A stretch of 64,000 nucleotides of DNA from Lophium mytilinum (lineage: Eukaryota): NCBI GenBank assembly GCA_010093605.1, contig MU004185.1:331334-395333 (forward strand), in the 5' to 3' direction. Made by a program: the position numbers and the translations under genes. The notes under the pieces were generated by a model that made no database searches, had not been told where the DNA came from, and saw nothing but the letters and a program-made list of their open reading frames with translations. Every line of letters starts with the position of its first letter. Position 1 is the first letter of the stretch. Positions 1-12,291 of the stretch are shown here, one piece after another.

Positions 1-572
1 GGCCTTGCCTACCACCTTATCTCCTCTTTCGTATTCTCCTCATCCACGCCCGTGTGATTCTGTTTGGTCGTCCCCGGCCTCTACCACCTACTCAATCGGG
101 GTACCTAGTATGCCTAGTATCAGTATAACGTTACCAAAATTACTTCATCCACTCGCTCAGATGGCTTCAAGCCTCCTCTCATACAGTTTTGCCCTCCCAA
201 AGGGGATCCGCGAATAACTCCGCTCCCGATTCCTAGCCCGCAATGTACCAACACTCCCTACCACCAAGCAAGCTCTGATCCTTAGTTCGACGGCCTCCCG
301 AGAGGGTCTAAAGCTATATAGAGGCCGGAAGTCTGTCATGAAATGGGGCATGGGAAGCACGTAAACTTAGCGGAGCGCGCGTGGAGATGGAGAGGGTAAA
401 GTGTAAAGTTATCGTGGAAGAATACTGATCTCGATCGCAATTCACGAGTTCTGATGTCTGACTTGTGAGAATTGCGCTATGGTCCCACTATCTCTCTGCC
501 TCATCTATTCCACTCCACCATCCAGATCCCACTACTCTCTAGAACCCCAGCATCTACCCTCTACAACACTCT

Positions 573-3004
573 TTACAACCCACCCCTCCCCCTCCTCTTC
601 TTACTCCCCCTCAAATCCTGCCCAATCTCCGTAAACAACTCCACAAAGAACCCCCTCACCTCCCAAATCGGCAAAATCGTACTCACGAAACTCGAGCAAA
701 ACACCCAGATAAACGAGATAACCACCCACGCCGTGAAAAAGCCCTTACTAAAAATATAGTGGCTGAAGAACATCGGCATCGGAATCAAAAAGTCCATGAT
801 AAACGTCAGCACAAAGGACGATATGCACGCGAGTTTGAACGCCGCGCGGAGTTTGTGCGGCTCGTCAGGCGGGGCGATCTCGACGTGGAGATTTGGCGAA
901 GTGGCTGTAGTAGTGGTAGTGGGAACCGTGTCGACCTTCTCTTCCTCTTTCTCTGAGTCGGAGAGGTTGGGCGAGGATTCGGGGGGCGTGGAGGCCGTGG
1001 GTGCGCTGTCAATGACAGCGACGTTGATGGCGCGCGTGATTTCCCAGTCGAAGTTGTCCATTTTGATGCTTGACACTGCGACGCTGAGGATGAGGCCGGT
1101 CATTATTGCGGCGAGGTTGCCGGCGAGGGTTGGGTAGGATAGGCCGGTGGTGTGGACGGAGAGCTCGCCGTAATAGTGCTTTGCGGTGGTCAGCCATGCG
1201 ATGAGCCCGGCTGATAGTCCACCGAGACAGCCTGTAATGGCGCCGGCTTTGGTTTGGCCTTTCCAGGTGATGGCGAAGGCGGCGGGGAAGACGGCGCCGC
1301 CGATGAGAAGGCCCATGACTAGGAAGAGCCATCCGAGATCGATGCCGATGGCGTTCCAGATGCAGGCGAAGACGGCCATGGTGAGGCCGAAGACGCATAT
1401 CATGGCGTGGGAGACGAAGATGAGCTGGGAAGGTGAGGCGAGCGGCTTGATGTAGCACTTGTAGACGTCGAAGGTCAGGATGGAGGAGACAGCTATGAGC
1501 TCCGCGGAGGCGCAGGATGTAACGGCCATGAAAAGCACGATGAGCAACGCTACAGCGCCCCCTTTCCCGAGCATCGCGGAGGCGGCGTATGCAGCTGTCA
1601 GACCAGACGAGATCTCCGCAGATGTAGGCGGGTTGGGGTACGTAGGGAATCGAGGATTATCCGTCAGTGCGACGGCAGCGAGGCCAAGGGTCGTGGCGAA
1701 GCCGAACGGGATCGCAAACCAAGCTAAGCCCCCCATAATATATGCCCGGACGGCAGTAGTTGGGCGAGAGGCGATGGCGCGCTGCCAGTATGCTTGATCG
1801 AGGAAAACGGTGCCGCTGCCAGAGCAAAGTTGGATGACGCCAAAGACGAGAGCGTAGTTGGACTTTAGTGTGAGATAGGAGCCTTCGTGGTTACCTTCGA
1901 CGGGGCGCTTGATGGCGGCTTCTTTGAGGAGGTCATACATCTCGCCGGGCGAACCGATGAGGGAGCTGACTGAGTAGGCGTTGAACATGAAGTATAGAAT
2001 GATAATCATGAGGATGAGAGTGTGGGAGTAGTCGCCTAAAGCCAGCGTCAGCTATCAGGTTTTGGGCCTCATGATACTTGATGTTTGATCGTGAAGTCCT
2101 CCAGTGACATGCTTGACCGACGACTAGGAGAAGGTGTGAAGGTGGAACTCACATAGGAAGGTTGCTCTGAGTCCACCCAAAATAACATATGTGCAAACAC
2201 CTTGACAACACCAGCTATTAGCTTTAACGACTCCATTGGGATGCATGGCTTACCCGTCGGGATCAAGAAGATAGCCGCATAGACATTCATGCCCGTCAAA
2301 GAGGTCACGACCGCACTTCCACCGAGTAACAGCTGACTCCCAACTAGAATATTGGTGACGAAAGCAAAGAACATGAAGATCAGATGCGTCACCTTGCCAT
2401 ACCGAGCATAGATGATCTCAAGGTAGGTATGGCAGCGAGGAGCGTTCTGCTTGACTTTACATGCGAGGATCGAGAACATCAGAATCTGGACGGTTGCTCC
2501 GGCCGCGTACTGTGATGTGTGAGAAATGCATGGCCAGAGAGTTGTTGTATACTACTTACCCAAAACGGTCCAGCGACTGTATATTCGTTAGCAAATGGTG
2601 GCCGGGTTAAGATTGAATGGGGGACATACCTCCATAGGTATACGCAACGGTACAGCTCTGGAGCAGAGTCGCTGCCCAGGTCCAGGCTGACACGATTCCA
2701 CTAGCGATGAGGCCTGGTTTCACGCTTCTGCTCGCAGTGTTGAACTCTTCCGATTGCTTTGTTGAGTATGTCGTATATCGATTCTTCAAGATATAAGCGC
2801 CTTGCAGCCTAGGTCATGAGTAGAACTACATACCTGAAGGAACGATACACCCATCATAACAAACGCAAAGAAGAACTAGAAATCGAAGAGTTAGATTTGA
2901 AGCCCCCACTGCATCAAGTTAATGATGGGAATAATACTGACCCCAACGCCCACAACAACGCCATAGCCGGCGCCGAGAGGCAAAGTAGCAGAGACAGTAG
3001 ACAT
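573..3004 (-). CDS. DUR3: Urea/polyamine active transporter (SSS family), multi-exon
   Basis: ATG at 3004 ([21 protein letters not shown]). Exons seen in ORFs 2607-2789 ([32 protein letters not shown]), 2069-2479 and 573-2009 ([23 protein letters not shown]), all typical Dur3 motifs. Several GT-AG introns. Confidence 0.95.
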
Positions 3005-3204
3005 AATCGCGTTGAAAGGTTCAACTCTCAGTTCTCAAAGTTCAACACCAAACCTAACGTGAGGATAGAGCACTACGGTTATACCACAGCATCCCACTAT
3101 CGCCCCAGGCATCGGATGAAACAAGCCGAACGTCATCATCGGCAAGTCTGCCGCTGCTGTGCAACCCCCAGCATCTAAACACGGCATAATAGCCAGGTAC
3201 AAGA

Positions 3205-3445
3205 TAGGTAGTCGAACGGACGTACCACAGCGCTGTATTTCAGCGCATTATTCACAGCGCGATAAGTGGCAGCAGTAGCAGAAGGAAAATGAAGAAATAA
3301 GAGGACTATGTCAGAGTATCGTGCGATAACGTGGTATCCCTACCGTTTCTACGTCGTTTGGGTGGATAAGGAAGGGATTTGCATGCTGGGATCGGCGACG
3401 GCATTGTCTAGGACATCTCTACGCGAAACGGGTGGGAAGATAAGA
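3205..3445. promoter_or_regulatory. Cluster of GATA sites upstream of DUR3 (likely AreA/NIT2 nitrogen catabolite repression sites)
   Basis: GATAAG at 3261, 3365 and 3439, GATAAC at 3325, TATC at 3317 and 3335, all within ~450 bp of the DUR3 start. Fungal DUR3 genes are known GATA-factor targets. Confidence 0.55.
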
Positions 3446-4061
3446 GAGCTCTGGGCCATGTCTATACCAATGTCCGCGGAAATAGAGTCATAAGGGACGA
3501 GTAGAAGTATTCTGCTATCAATCATGGTGCTTCAGGACCTGCGGCACAGTGGAGGAGTTGATGTTGGGATAGAGAGCTGACGCCATCATGGAGAGGATAG
3601 GAGGTCCGTTCACGGCCGTTTCGCCTAAGCCTTATTAGTCTAGCACATCACCTCCATTTCTGCTCAATGATCGGGGTCTCAATTCTCGTCACTATCTTCG
3701 TGATCTTTCTCGATTTGTCCTATATCAAGCTATTTCCATCCTTATTCTGTAAAAGCATGATAATGACGCGGTAGGAAGTACTCGCTAGCGACAAGAGGTC
3801 ATGCAGGAAGTACCCCTTGTGTCGAAGCAAAGTTTGTCACAGCCTCAATGTACTTTTGTGCTATACAAGCTACCGGGCTACATAAATTAATTTCCTACGC
3901 ATGGCTGCCTACTTTGGTGGGTTTCTTTAGTGCCCAAATGGTGGTCGTGAGGAGGCTAGGTCGACGCGCTATGGCGTAGCTGCCTAGCCTCATCACAAAG
4001 TCTTACAGCTCGTTTCCGACTGAATCTCCTCCATCTCCATTAGGCGGAAACACATCTTAAA

Positions 4062-4526
4062 ATGCCTCGAACAATCCACCTCCTCATATTCAACTCTCCC
4101 ATCTTCCCAGCTCACTAGGCCCTCTGGATCTCCCATCCCGCCAATTCAAATACCGGCAAACTCATCAACGCCGTCGGAGACGCAGCCACAGGCTTCGAGA
4201 CTATCATTGAACGGGGATATGACCTCGGGGATATTACTCAACGCCACCAACTCGTGCGCCTAGGCGAGCTTTCAGATGTCAAAGGTGACGAGGAGGCTTC
4301 GAACGAAGAGACGAGTACAGGACATGACTACCTCGAAGAAATTGCTTTGAGCGTGCCGGCACCGACGAAAAGCTTGGTATCGCCCACTTCCACGGAGGGA
4401 CCAAGACACAGAGTAGAGATCCAGAACTGTCAGACGTGGCTTCGGCATGCGGTTGCTGCGCTTGTGCAGGCTGGCGTTGTGGGTCAAGCAGCTCTTCAGA
4501 TTGTGGATGGTGCTCCTAAGAACTGA
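4062..4526 (+). pseudogene. Conserved small fungal protein (DUF6540-like) with one in-frame TAG at 4116-4118
   Basis: ATG 4062 gives MPRTIHLLIFNSPIFPAH*ALWISHPANSNTGKLINAVGDAATGF...GYDL, in frame with ORF 4254-4526 (NCQTWL). Matches the HW(A)LWI...G..GF...NCQ.W pattern with the stop at the W position. Confidence 0.7.
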
Positions 4527-5189
4527 GGAGACTGGAGCTGGCATCGGGCCACTCGCATTTCGCCGGGTTGACTTGTTGCTAGGTCATGGTAAGGCCGCGG
4601 TGAAACGAGAGATCACATTATAGACTGTTTGCTGTTTGGTGACTGAGTTAGGGTATAAGTATAGTTTCATTTTATGCAGCTCTCACTCCCGGGTGTGGCT
4701 CTATGGTGGGTTCCGACCTCACTGAGCTGCGCACAAAACTCGAAAAGCCTTTGCTGGCAAAGGTGGATCACCGACCCGGGCAGACATTAACCCCCCGCTG
4801 AGAAACACATTCCGACTGTGTTCGACGCGCGGGGTAAGTCTTTTGTTCTTTCTTTTTTTTTCCCCCTCAGTCACCGAGATGAAGGTCGTGCAGGCGCTTC
4901 AACATGCATTAACAGATTCGAGCGACACGAACTTTAGAGGCGGTGAACTCATTGGACCACCGCGGATAACAGTAGAGAAGTGTACATAGACCGGAAGTAC
5001 GAATTTCTATAGCGATCATAGGGACAGGAGAGAGAGTTGTTATTATTTGCAAAGGTACTTTACTCACTATAGCGGTATCTAAACACCAGACCGGGTATCG
5101 TGTACTTGACCAAACGCCGTTTTCTCCTAGATACGAGCCATGCCTACCTTCAAGACCATAGACTGTATACCGAGGGCCCAATCCTGGCC

Positions 5190-6176
5190 TTAGGAAGTCA
5201 TCTCCTTCTCAATGTCGATCGCCACACTGAAAATGAATACCACCAAGGAAAGCTCCCGACCCGTCAGCTCGCGCACATCAAAAGAAATAGTATCCCACTC
5301 ACCACAATCACTAGTATCATTATGGACGTAATCTCCCAGCCGCCGGCGTGCACATATCCGCGTATGATGGCGTTCTGCTGCCGCCAAAATCGGAATGCGC
5401 CGAGGAGGAGAACCACGACGGCCGCGCCGATGAAGGTCGCAGCGAGAGGTATACCGAGGACGAAGAAGCCGAGCTCGGGATTGGGGTGCAGAGCGTGCTG
5501 CAGACGAAAGAGCTGGGCGATGACGACGCCGGTCATGGCGAGGGCGAGCGAGGTGCGGAGGTAGGCTAGGAAGGTCCGCTCGAGGGCTGTCAAGTGTCAG
5601 TCGAATTTACAATGAAATTTGTAGTCTCGTAGCCCTGTCAACATTGAGGGTGGATGTATGAGGCAAAAGCTCAACTAGAGCATACCCATCGAGGCTTTGT
5701 GCGGTAGAGAACAGAATGAACCCACCTAGATGATCCCTATGTTGTCCCTCCTCGATCGTAACACTAATCTGGGTCCTCCACCACTTCGTGATCCCATCAT
5801 ACCAGTGAGGTGTCTGCCGCCGGAGCTGATTCCGGCTCGCCTCTGCCTCCCACTCCTCATCCGGGACCGTGGTGATAGATTCTGAGTGTCTACGCGCAGA
5901 TCTTGCTCTCAGATATGGTGACGTACGGGACAAGCCGAAGCTGTTACGTGGTTGTGTAGGGTACGCGTAGGGAGAGCGCGAGAGCTCTTCTTGGGAGCGT
6001 TGCTCATTGGGGGACGAGGAGGACGCATGGGCAGAACCTGATGGAGAAAGAGAATCTAATTCCTTCGCTATCCGCTGGTTGTGTATCTTGCGGTGCTCGT
6101 CTGAGTCGGGGTGAGGGGATAGAGGGAAGTGGAGGGTCGCTGGTGGGAGGGTGAGAGGCGCTGGGTCTGGATCCAT
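5190..6176 (-). CDS. DUF202 (YidH-like) membrane protein, 3 exons
   Basis: ATG 6176 (MDPDPAPL). Intron 5725-5587 joins RDHL to ALERTFLAYLRTS, the DUF202 signature. TM helices follow. Last exon LSLVVFIFSVAIDIEKEMTS* ends at 5190. Confidence 0.85.
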
Positions 6177-7881
6177 TGTTATCGTGTCGAAAGAGCTGTG
6201 GGGAGCATGAGTTGCTGGCGGGTCAGCATTGAAGAAGCTGTGAGATCTACTTCGCAATTGCGCATTGCGTTTCGTGAATTCTGAGTGCTGGATAAGGTTG
6301 TGGAGGTGAAGGAAGATAGATCGCCGACTAAAAGATGAGCCAGAGTTACTTGCGCGAGTCAAGACGTGGGGCGGGCCGAGACGTCGAAGAGTCAAGTAAC
6401 TCTGCTCACACAACTTCTCATGCTCAGCTACAACATTCACAGGATGAAATCGCCAAAGTCCGAGCTCTCATATCATTCTCCGCGAGGTCTTCACTTCCAA
6501 GCTAATCTTCCTGACCATCAATGAGGCCCCCCTCGTTTGTGCTTCAAAAAGAGGATGTAAAGAAGATCGATCTGTTTTCCTTATTCTTCCCTCATCTAAA
6601 GCCCACCGGTCTATATTCTTCCTATCTAGGGACTATGGAATTGACTTTAAATCTATCTCGGAACAATATCATGCCAAGGCGCGGGCTGGCTTTCGTTTAC
6701 ACATCTCGCGTCATTAAAACCAAGTCAAAGTTCTAATATAGAGCCCATGGCAATAATATGATGCAATCGCACCGGCTGGCGGCTTTTGTGCTTCTCGTGG
6801 CATTGAAAGAAAGCCAGTCCAAGGATTTGGTTTAGTTGCGTTGTCGATGGACTTCAAACTTCATGGGTGGCTCCTGACTGTGCTTCTCGCGACATCGGAA
6901 TCGACCTACTTTTGATACCCAAAGTAAGGATTAGTAAATCTTACTAGGACTCTGCGTCTAGACTACACTATCCCAGATTGATCTAGGCTTCTGGAGTTAT
7001 CAATAAGTAGGAGAATTTTGGTCCATCTATTCCAACGTGTCCAAATTTCACCACCATTTACTCGCTAAGAACTACCCAATCCGGGAATTTTCGGCAGAAA
7101 CATAGGGGACGGCACAGTGCGTAAAGTTGGCTACAACTATATATGTTTGACTTGTGAAAAGAGGGCCAATATTGTTTGTTGCGGTTAGGCAGTATGCGGA
7201 GGTACTTCGAGGCCGATATACAGATCTATTCGAATTCAATTGTCGTGCTCAGGTAGGCTCCCTTGAACGAAAGTGACAGGCTACGAATTTAAAACTCTTT
7301 TAAAATAACACACCTCAGCTACAGACTCATTCTAGAATCGTGTGTATTTGCTCACCACTGCTTGAGGTTCTCTAGTGCACTTTCAAAATCTGTAAAACGA
7401 AAGTTTTGACAAGTCTGATAGCTCTCTGAGCAACATCAGACGGTGCTGGTCTGCTGCTTTATACTTAACAGAGCCTACTAAGAACAGCAGAATAGACTGC
7501 GCATTTGACTTGATACTAATGACTGCCTCGACGCTTAATTATTGGAGAAGTAGCAAGCGCATGATAGACGCAGGTGGTTCCTTTGTGGTGCAGAGGAGCC
7601 AGACCCAGGTGGTCGGGAAGTTTGAGCAGGAGCAGCCGCCGAAGGAACTGGGGCCGTGCATGACGCCACTGGCATACTTCGCGGTCGCCATCAAACGGAC
7701 GATTCACCACTCAACACCACCCCCTCGCCACGATACGCCCCTCAGTACCACGCTCTCCGCCTTCATATTAGAGCGCAGTCCCCTACCTTGAGATACTGGG
7801 GCCCTCGATTGCACAGCAGCTCGGCGCTGCACCCGCTTCCCTGTCGCGTCCCATCTCAGCTTCGCCCCCCCCGATATCGCT

Positions 7882-9881
7882 ATGGGGCTCTCCAAGTCGC
7901 ATAGGATACTGATCCTGCTGGCCATTGATTCTGCCTTCTTCTTCCTAGAGCTGATTATTGGTATGTTCTGTTGGTCTCTCGTGTGAGCTCTTTTGACACT
8001 CAATACAGGTTATGCCGTTCATTCGCTCGCCCTCGTCGCCGACTCCTTTCATATGGTTCGTCTCCGCCGAAACGCTCCTGAAATCCACATACCTAAATGC
8101 TACTACAGCTGAATGATGTCTTGTCGCTCATAGTCGGTCTCTGGGCGGTCAGGGTTGCCAATCAGAGAACAAACTCCAAGATGTACACCTACGGGGTAAG
8201 CAGTCGCGACCTATGTTTCACGACTCCTCTAATCCCGCCTAGTGGCAACGCGCAGAAACTCTCGGAGCCCTCGTCAACGGCGTATTCCTTGTCGCCCTGT
8301 GCCTCTCCATCTTCCTCGAAGCGATCCAGCGATTCGTCGAACCCCAAGAAGTCTCACACCCACAGCTGGTCATGATTGTTGGATGCTTTGGATTGGCGTC
8401 CAATATCCTCGGTCTATTCCTCTTTCATGACCATGGACACAGCCATGGCGGACATTCACACGGACCCGCTGATACCCACAGTGCGGCGGAGGAAGGACAT
8501 GCCGGACATACACACGATGAGGACGAGGCAGTTGCGGACGAGAGTGGCAATATTGCGGATGTGCTCCCGGAAAGCAGAATCGGAAATTTACCGTCCGCCA
8601 TTAGCAATACTCCACGCAAGGGGAGTGATCCGGCGGGAAGGAACGTCTCGTGGACTCATTCCGACACGTCGACGATAAAGGCTAATTCGAAGACTAATAC
8701 CCTGAAGAAGAACCGAAAGCACAGCCGCTCACGGTCACGGGGATATTCTAACATAGAAGAGATATACGTGCACCCCTCCTCATTCCGGAGTGAGATCATC
8801 AACGCCTCTCGCATCGACGAGGCCGACTCCTCCAGCACCGACAACGAAAATGAAACAGCCAGCCCGGCTCCAGTTGAAGGCCAGGCCAGTCCGACTGAGA
8901 CCTCACCCCTCATCAAGAGGGGCTCCCACTCATCACATTCACACGGCAAAAAAGACTGGCATGCGGACCACAAGCATAACGCGCCCAAAGACGGTGGAAA
9001 GTCTGGTGGCCACGGCCACTCTCACGGCGATCTCAACATGCGCGGCGTTTTCTTGCACGTCATGGGCGACGCACTCGGCAATATTGGTGTCATTGCATCA
9101 GCACTCTTCATCTGGCTCACAGACTTCTCGTGGCGTTTCTACGCCGATCCGCTTATCTCGCTAATCATCACCGTTATCATTCTGGCCTCTGCTATTCCCT
9201 TGTGCAAGGCAGCCTCTCGAATCTTGCTCCAGGCTGTGCCAGCTGGTATCTCTATTGACGATATCAAGGAGGATATCGCCGAACTCCCTGGCATTGTCTC
9301 CTGCCATCATCTGCACGTCTGGCAGCTGTCCGACACCAAGCTCGTTGCCAGCTTGCACGTGCAGGTTGGCTTCGATTTCAAGGGCGAGGGCAGTGCCAGA
9401 TACATGACGCTAGCCAAAGCTGTGCGAAAGTGTCTACACGAGTATGGGATCCATTCTAGCACCATCCAGCCCGAGTTCTGCCTCGACAAGAACCACGACC
9501 ATGTGGACCAAGCCGAAGCCGACGAGAGCAGCTGCGATGATGAGTTCCCGAATGGAGGTGGCAGTGGAAACGGCAACGGCGTCGGGAGTGGCAGCAAAAC
9601 CGGCAGCAAGACTGGCAGCACCACGGGCGAAGACGTGTGTCTACTCGAGTGCGGAGATGATTGCGAGGGTGGGAAGCAGTGCTGTCCTCAAGACGGGGCG
9701 GCGAGGTAGGGAGTGGTGAGATGGTGTTGATCTACCACTCTGCTAACACGGCTTTCTCCGTAGCGATAGGCCGGACGAGCCTGCCCCCGAAGGCCTCATC
9801 AGCAAGCTCGTTCGCAAGCTCAGCCGCCGTACCCTCGAGGAACCCGAGGAGGAGATTCCTGAGGGGTACAATGATGTTTAG
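7882..9881 (+). CDS. ZRC1: CDF-family zinc/cobalt transporter (Zrc1/Cot1/ZnT1-like)
   Basis: ATG 7882 (MGLSKSHRILILLAIDSAFF); ADSFHM-LND; His-rich loop; NMRGVFLHVMGDALGN; HHLHVWQL; GIHSSTIQPE. Stop at 9709 if the last intron (9706-9763) is retained, at 9881 if it is spliced. Confidence 0.93.
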
Positions 9882-12291
9882 ACCCTGCGGCATACTCACC
9901 ACCTTGCTCACGCCGAGTAGTTTATTTGTGGAGCGCTTTCATTTTCTTCTGTACCAATGGACCGCACCTATTATTTCTTTTGTTTTTGGGATGATGGGTT
10001 CAGGGGAGTGTGGGGATTACAAGAAGGCCCAGGTTTTGGGGGCTACGGGGCCTACGTGGGTACATTGAGGTTTATAAGAGTAGCGAATGGGGTGTTCTTA
10101 ACAGCACAGGTATTGCCATGAGGATTCACTAGGGGTTTCCGGTCTATGGGCAGACGTGGGTTTAGGGTATTGCTAGGATGGGTGGATGCGCAAGGTGTAT
10201 ATATCTCTAATCTGAAGACGCATCCTGGATCTGATCCTGATCATCGAAGCTGGACGTGAGCAAGGCTTGAAGCGCATTGAAGGTGATGTGATGGGTTGTC
10301 GTATGGTTATGAGAGCAGATGGCTGATCTTCAGCTGAGATGCGTATCCGACGGAACAAGAAGGTTGGTATGGTGTGCATACAGTCCTAGGCCACAAGCGT
10401 GGGCACATGAACTCATTTCTGCTTGGCTCCAACTTGCCACTCGACACCACTGTTGGGGGTATCCTGGCTGCTGAGCAGCAAATCAGTCAAGAGATAGTCC
10501 AATTTGCACCGCTTGAACCTCGACATTACTATTGGATCTTCGAAACCCTGTAGGGCCTGTAGGGGGGCCCCAAGAAATGTCGATCCAGTGCGCCCAAACT
10601 TGTGGCCTGTCACTGTAAGTCAGGCCTCGACATGTTCTGGCAACGTTCTAGAAGGGGAGTGTGTTATCAGATGTTCGCCAAGATAGTATCGAATGACCAG
10701 CATTCTATAAATACGAATCGAGTTCCGAAATGAATTCCGTCCCGCCTCTCGCGCCGTGCCGTCTCTATCCCATTCTATCCATCCGCCTAGCAGTCAGAAG
10801 GTTAGGAACGGCCTCAGTAGGCACATCTTTCTCGCGGCCCTCTTTCCAACGTGGACAGAATGCCTCGCTGGTAACGCGTTCAGGAAGGTCTGGTGGTTCG
10901 CAGAGCTCGCTTCTCGTGTCGAGCGAGATAAGGTACTGTACATGTCTGTCAGCAAGTAGTGCAGAAGGCTGGTAGAAGCATCTCCACCAATCGCGGCATC
11001 GGTCCAATGCGGGCATGCTTCTGCCCTGTCAGAACTTTGAATGAAAGGCCCAGGTCCAATTACCAGGCTATTGGGAATCCCTTGTTGTTCAGTGGTACGA
11101 TGTCTGCCTCACGAGACAAGGGTGATCAGACAAGATAATCACATGAGACGTGAGTGGCTCCTTAGCCGCAGATGAATTCATATCGAAGTGAATGGGTGGG
11201 GCGAGCTATGCAGGCGAGGCAGGGAACAGGGGGAGAAGCACTGGCAAGCTTTGTGGACGGGCTTGGGCCCGCTGCAGCCACTCATGTCATTGCCGCCCCC
11301 GCATTTTCCTTAGCGGTGCGGAAAAAGCTTGGGCGCGCGAGGTTTCGAGGTTTCATCTCGAACGTCGCCTCCATGCACCCAATCTTCGCGAACGCTTATC
11401 CCCGAGTCGAGAGAGGCACGACGTTCGCCGCCTCTCCTCTTCACACCGAGATGGAGAGCGAGGGGGGTAGTGGAGCAGATTATACCGGCCCCCTCCGCAC
11501 TCACGCGATCGATGCAGAACTTGAAAAGATGCCGTCCCGGCACGCTGCTCCCGCGTGATATCGTGACAGGGTGACACGAGGTTACATACAAAACGGACCG
11601 CACAGCTCGATACCAAGGCGATACCAAGGCGCTTACCTTCACCCCCAGGAGCTTTCTCCGTTTGAAGAAGGCGACAATCAAAATGACAACCCGTGGACCA
11701 CTGTAAGCAACCCGCGGAGTCCAACACTCGGGACTCGGATCAAGGAGGCGTCGTATCCAAGGCTTGGCGCGCCTCCAACAGCAGGTGCGAGATGGCTGTA
11801 GTGCAGATCGTTACGCGATTGTGCGGGTGCCAGGTCGTCTACCGGGCGCCACAATCACCAATCCAAACTCTACGATTGGCCGGGGAGTGGGGAGTTGCTC
11901 GTCGGCCTTCCCGTATCGAAACAGGCGATCGACAAGGACTGGCCGGCTATCACGGGACAGGCGCGCCTCGTTGGCTGGCTATCTGGGCGGAAGCTTATCC
12001 AAAGCTTCGACGGGCCTTCGATACGCCACCCGGGCCTGCCTTGCCTGTCGAGCGCATCGCGGGCCCTGTCAGCGCGTTACATCGTCCCGGGGTTCCGCAG
12101 CGCGGTGTTGAGCGGTGCGTTGGGTTGGATTGGGAAGCGGCCCCGATGGCTGTTGTGTGGCCGTGGGTGTGGGACGTTGGGGTGGGACGCGGGTGGGGAA
12201 ACGGTATATCAACAGTCCGCGCTGCCCATATTGTTGGGGGGTTCAGGATTGATCGCGCTGGACGAACGATTTCCACACACCAATTGCAGAC

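Noticed and set aside
10100..12290. Several 60-270 aa ORFs upstream of PTR2
   Set aside because: GC-rich intergenic/promoter sequence with overlapping ORFs in all frames and no protein-like motifs.
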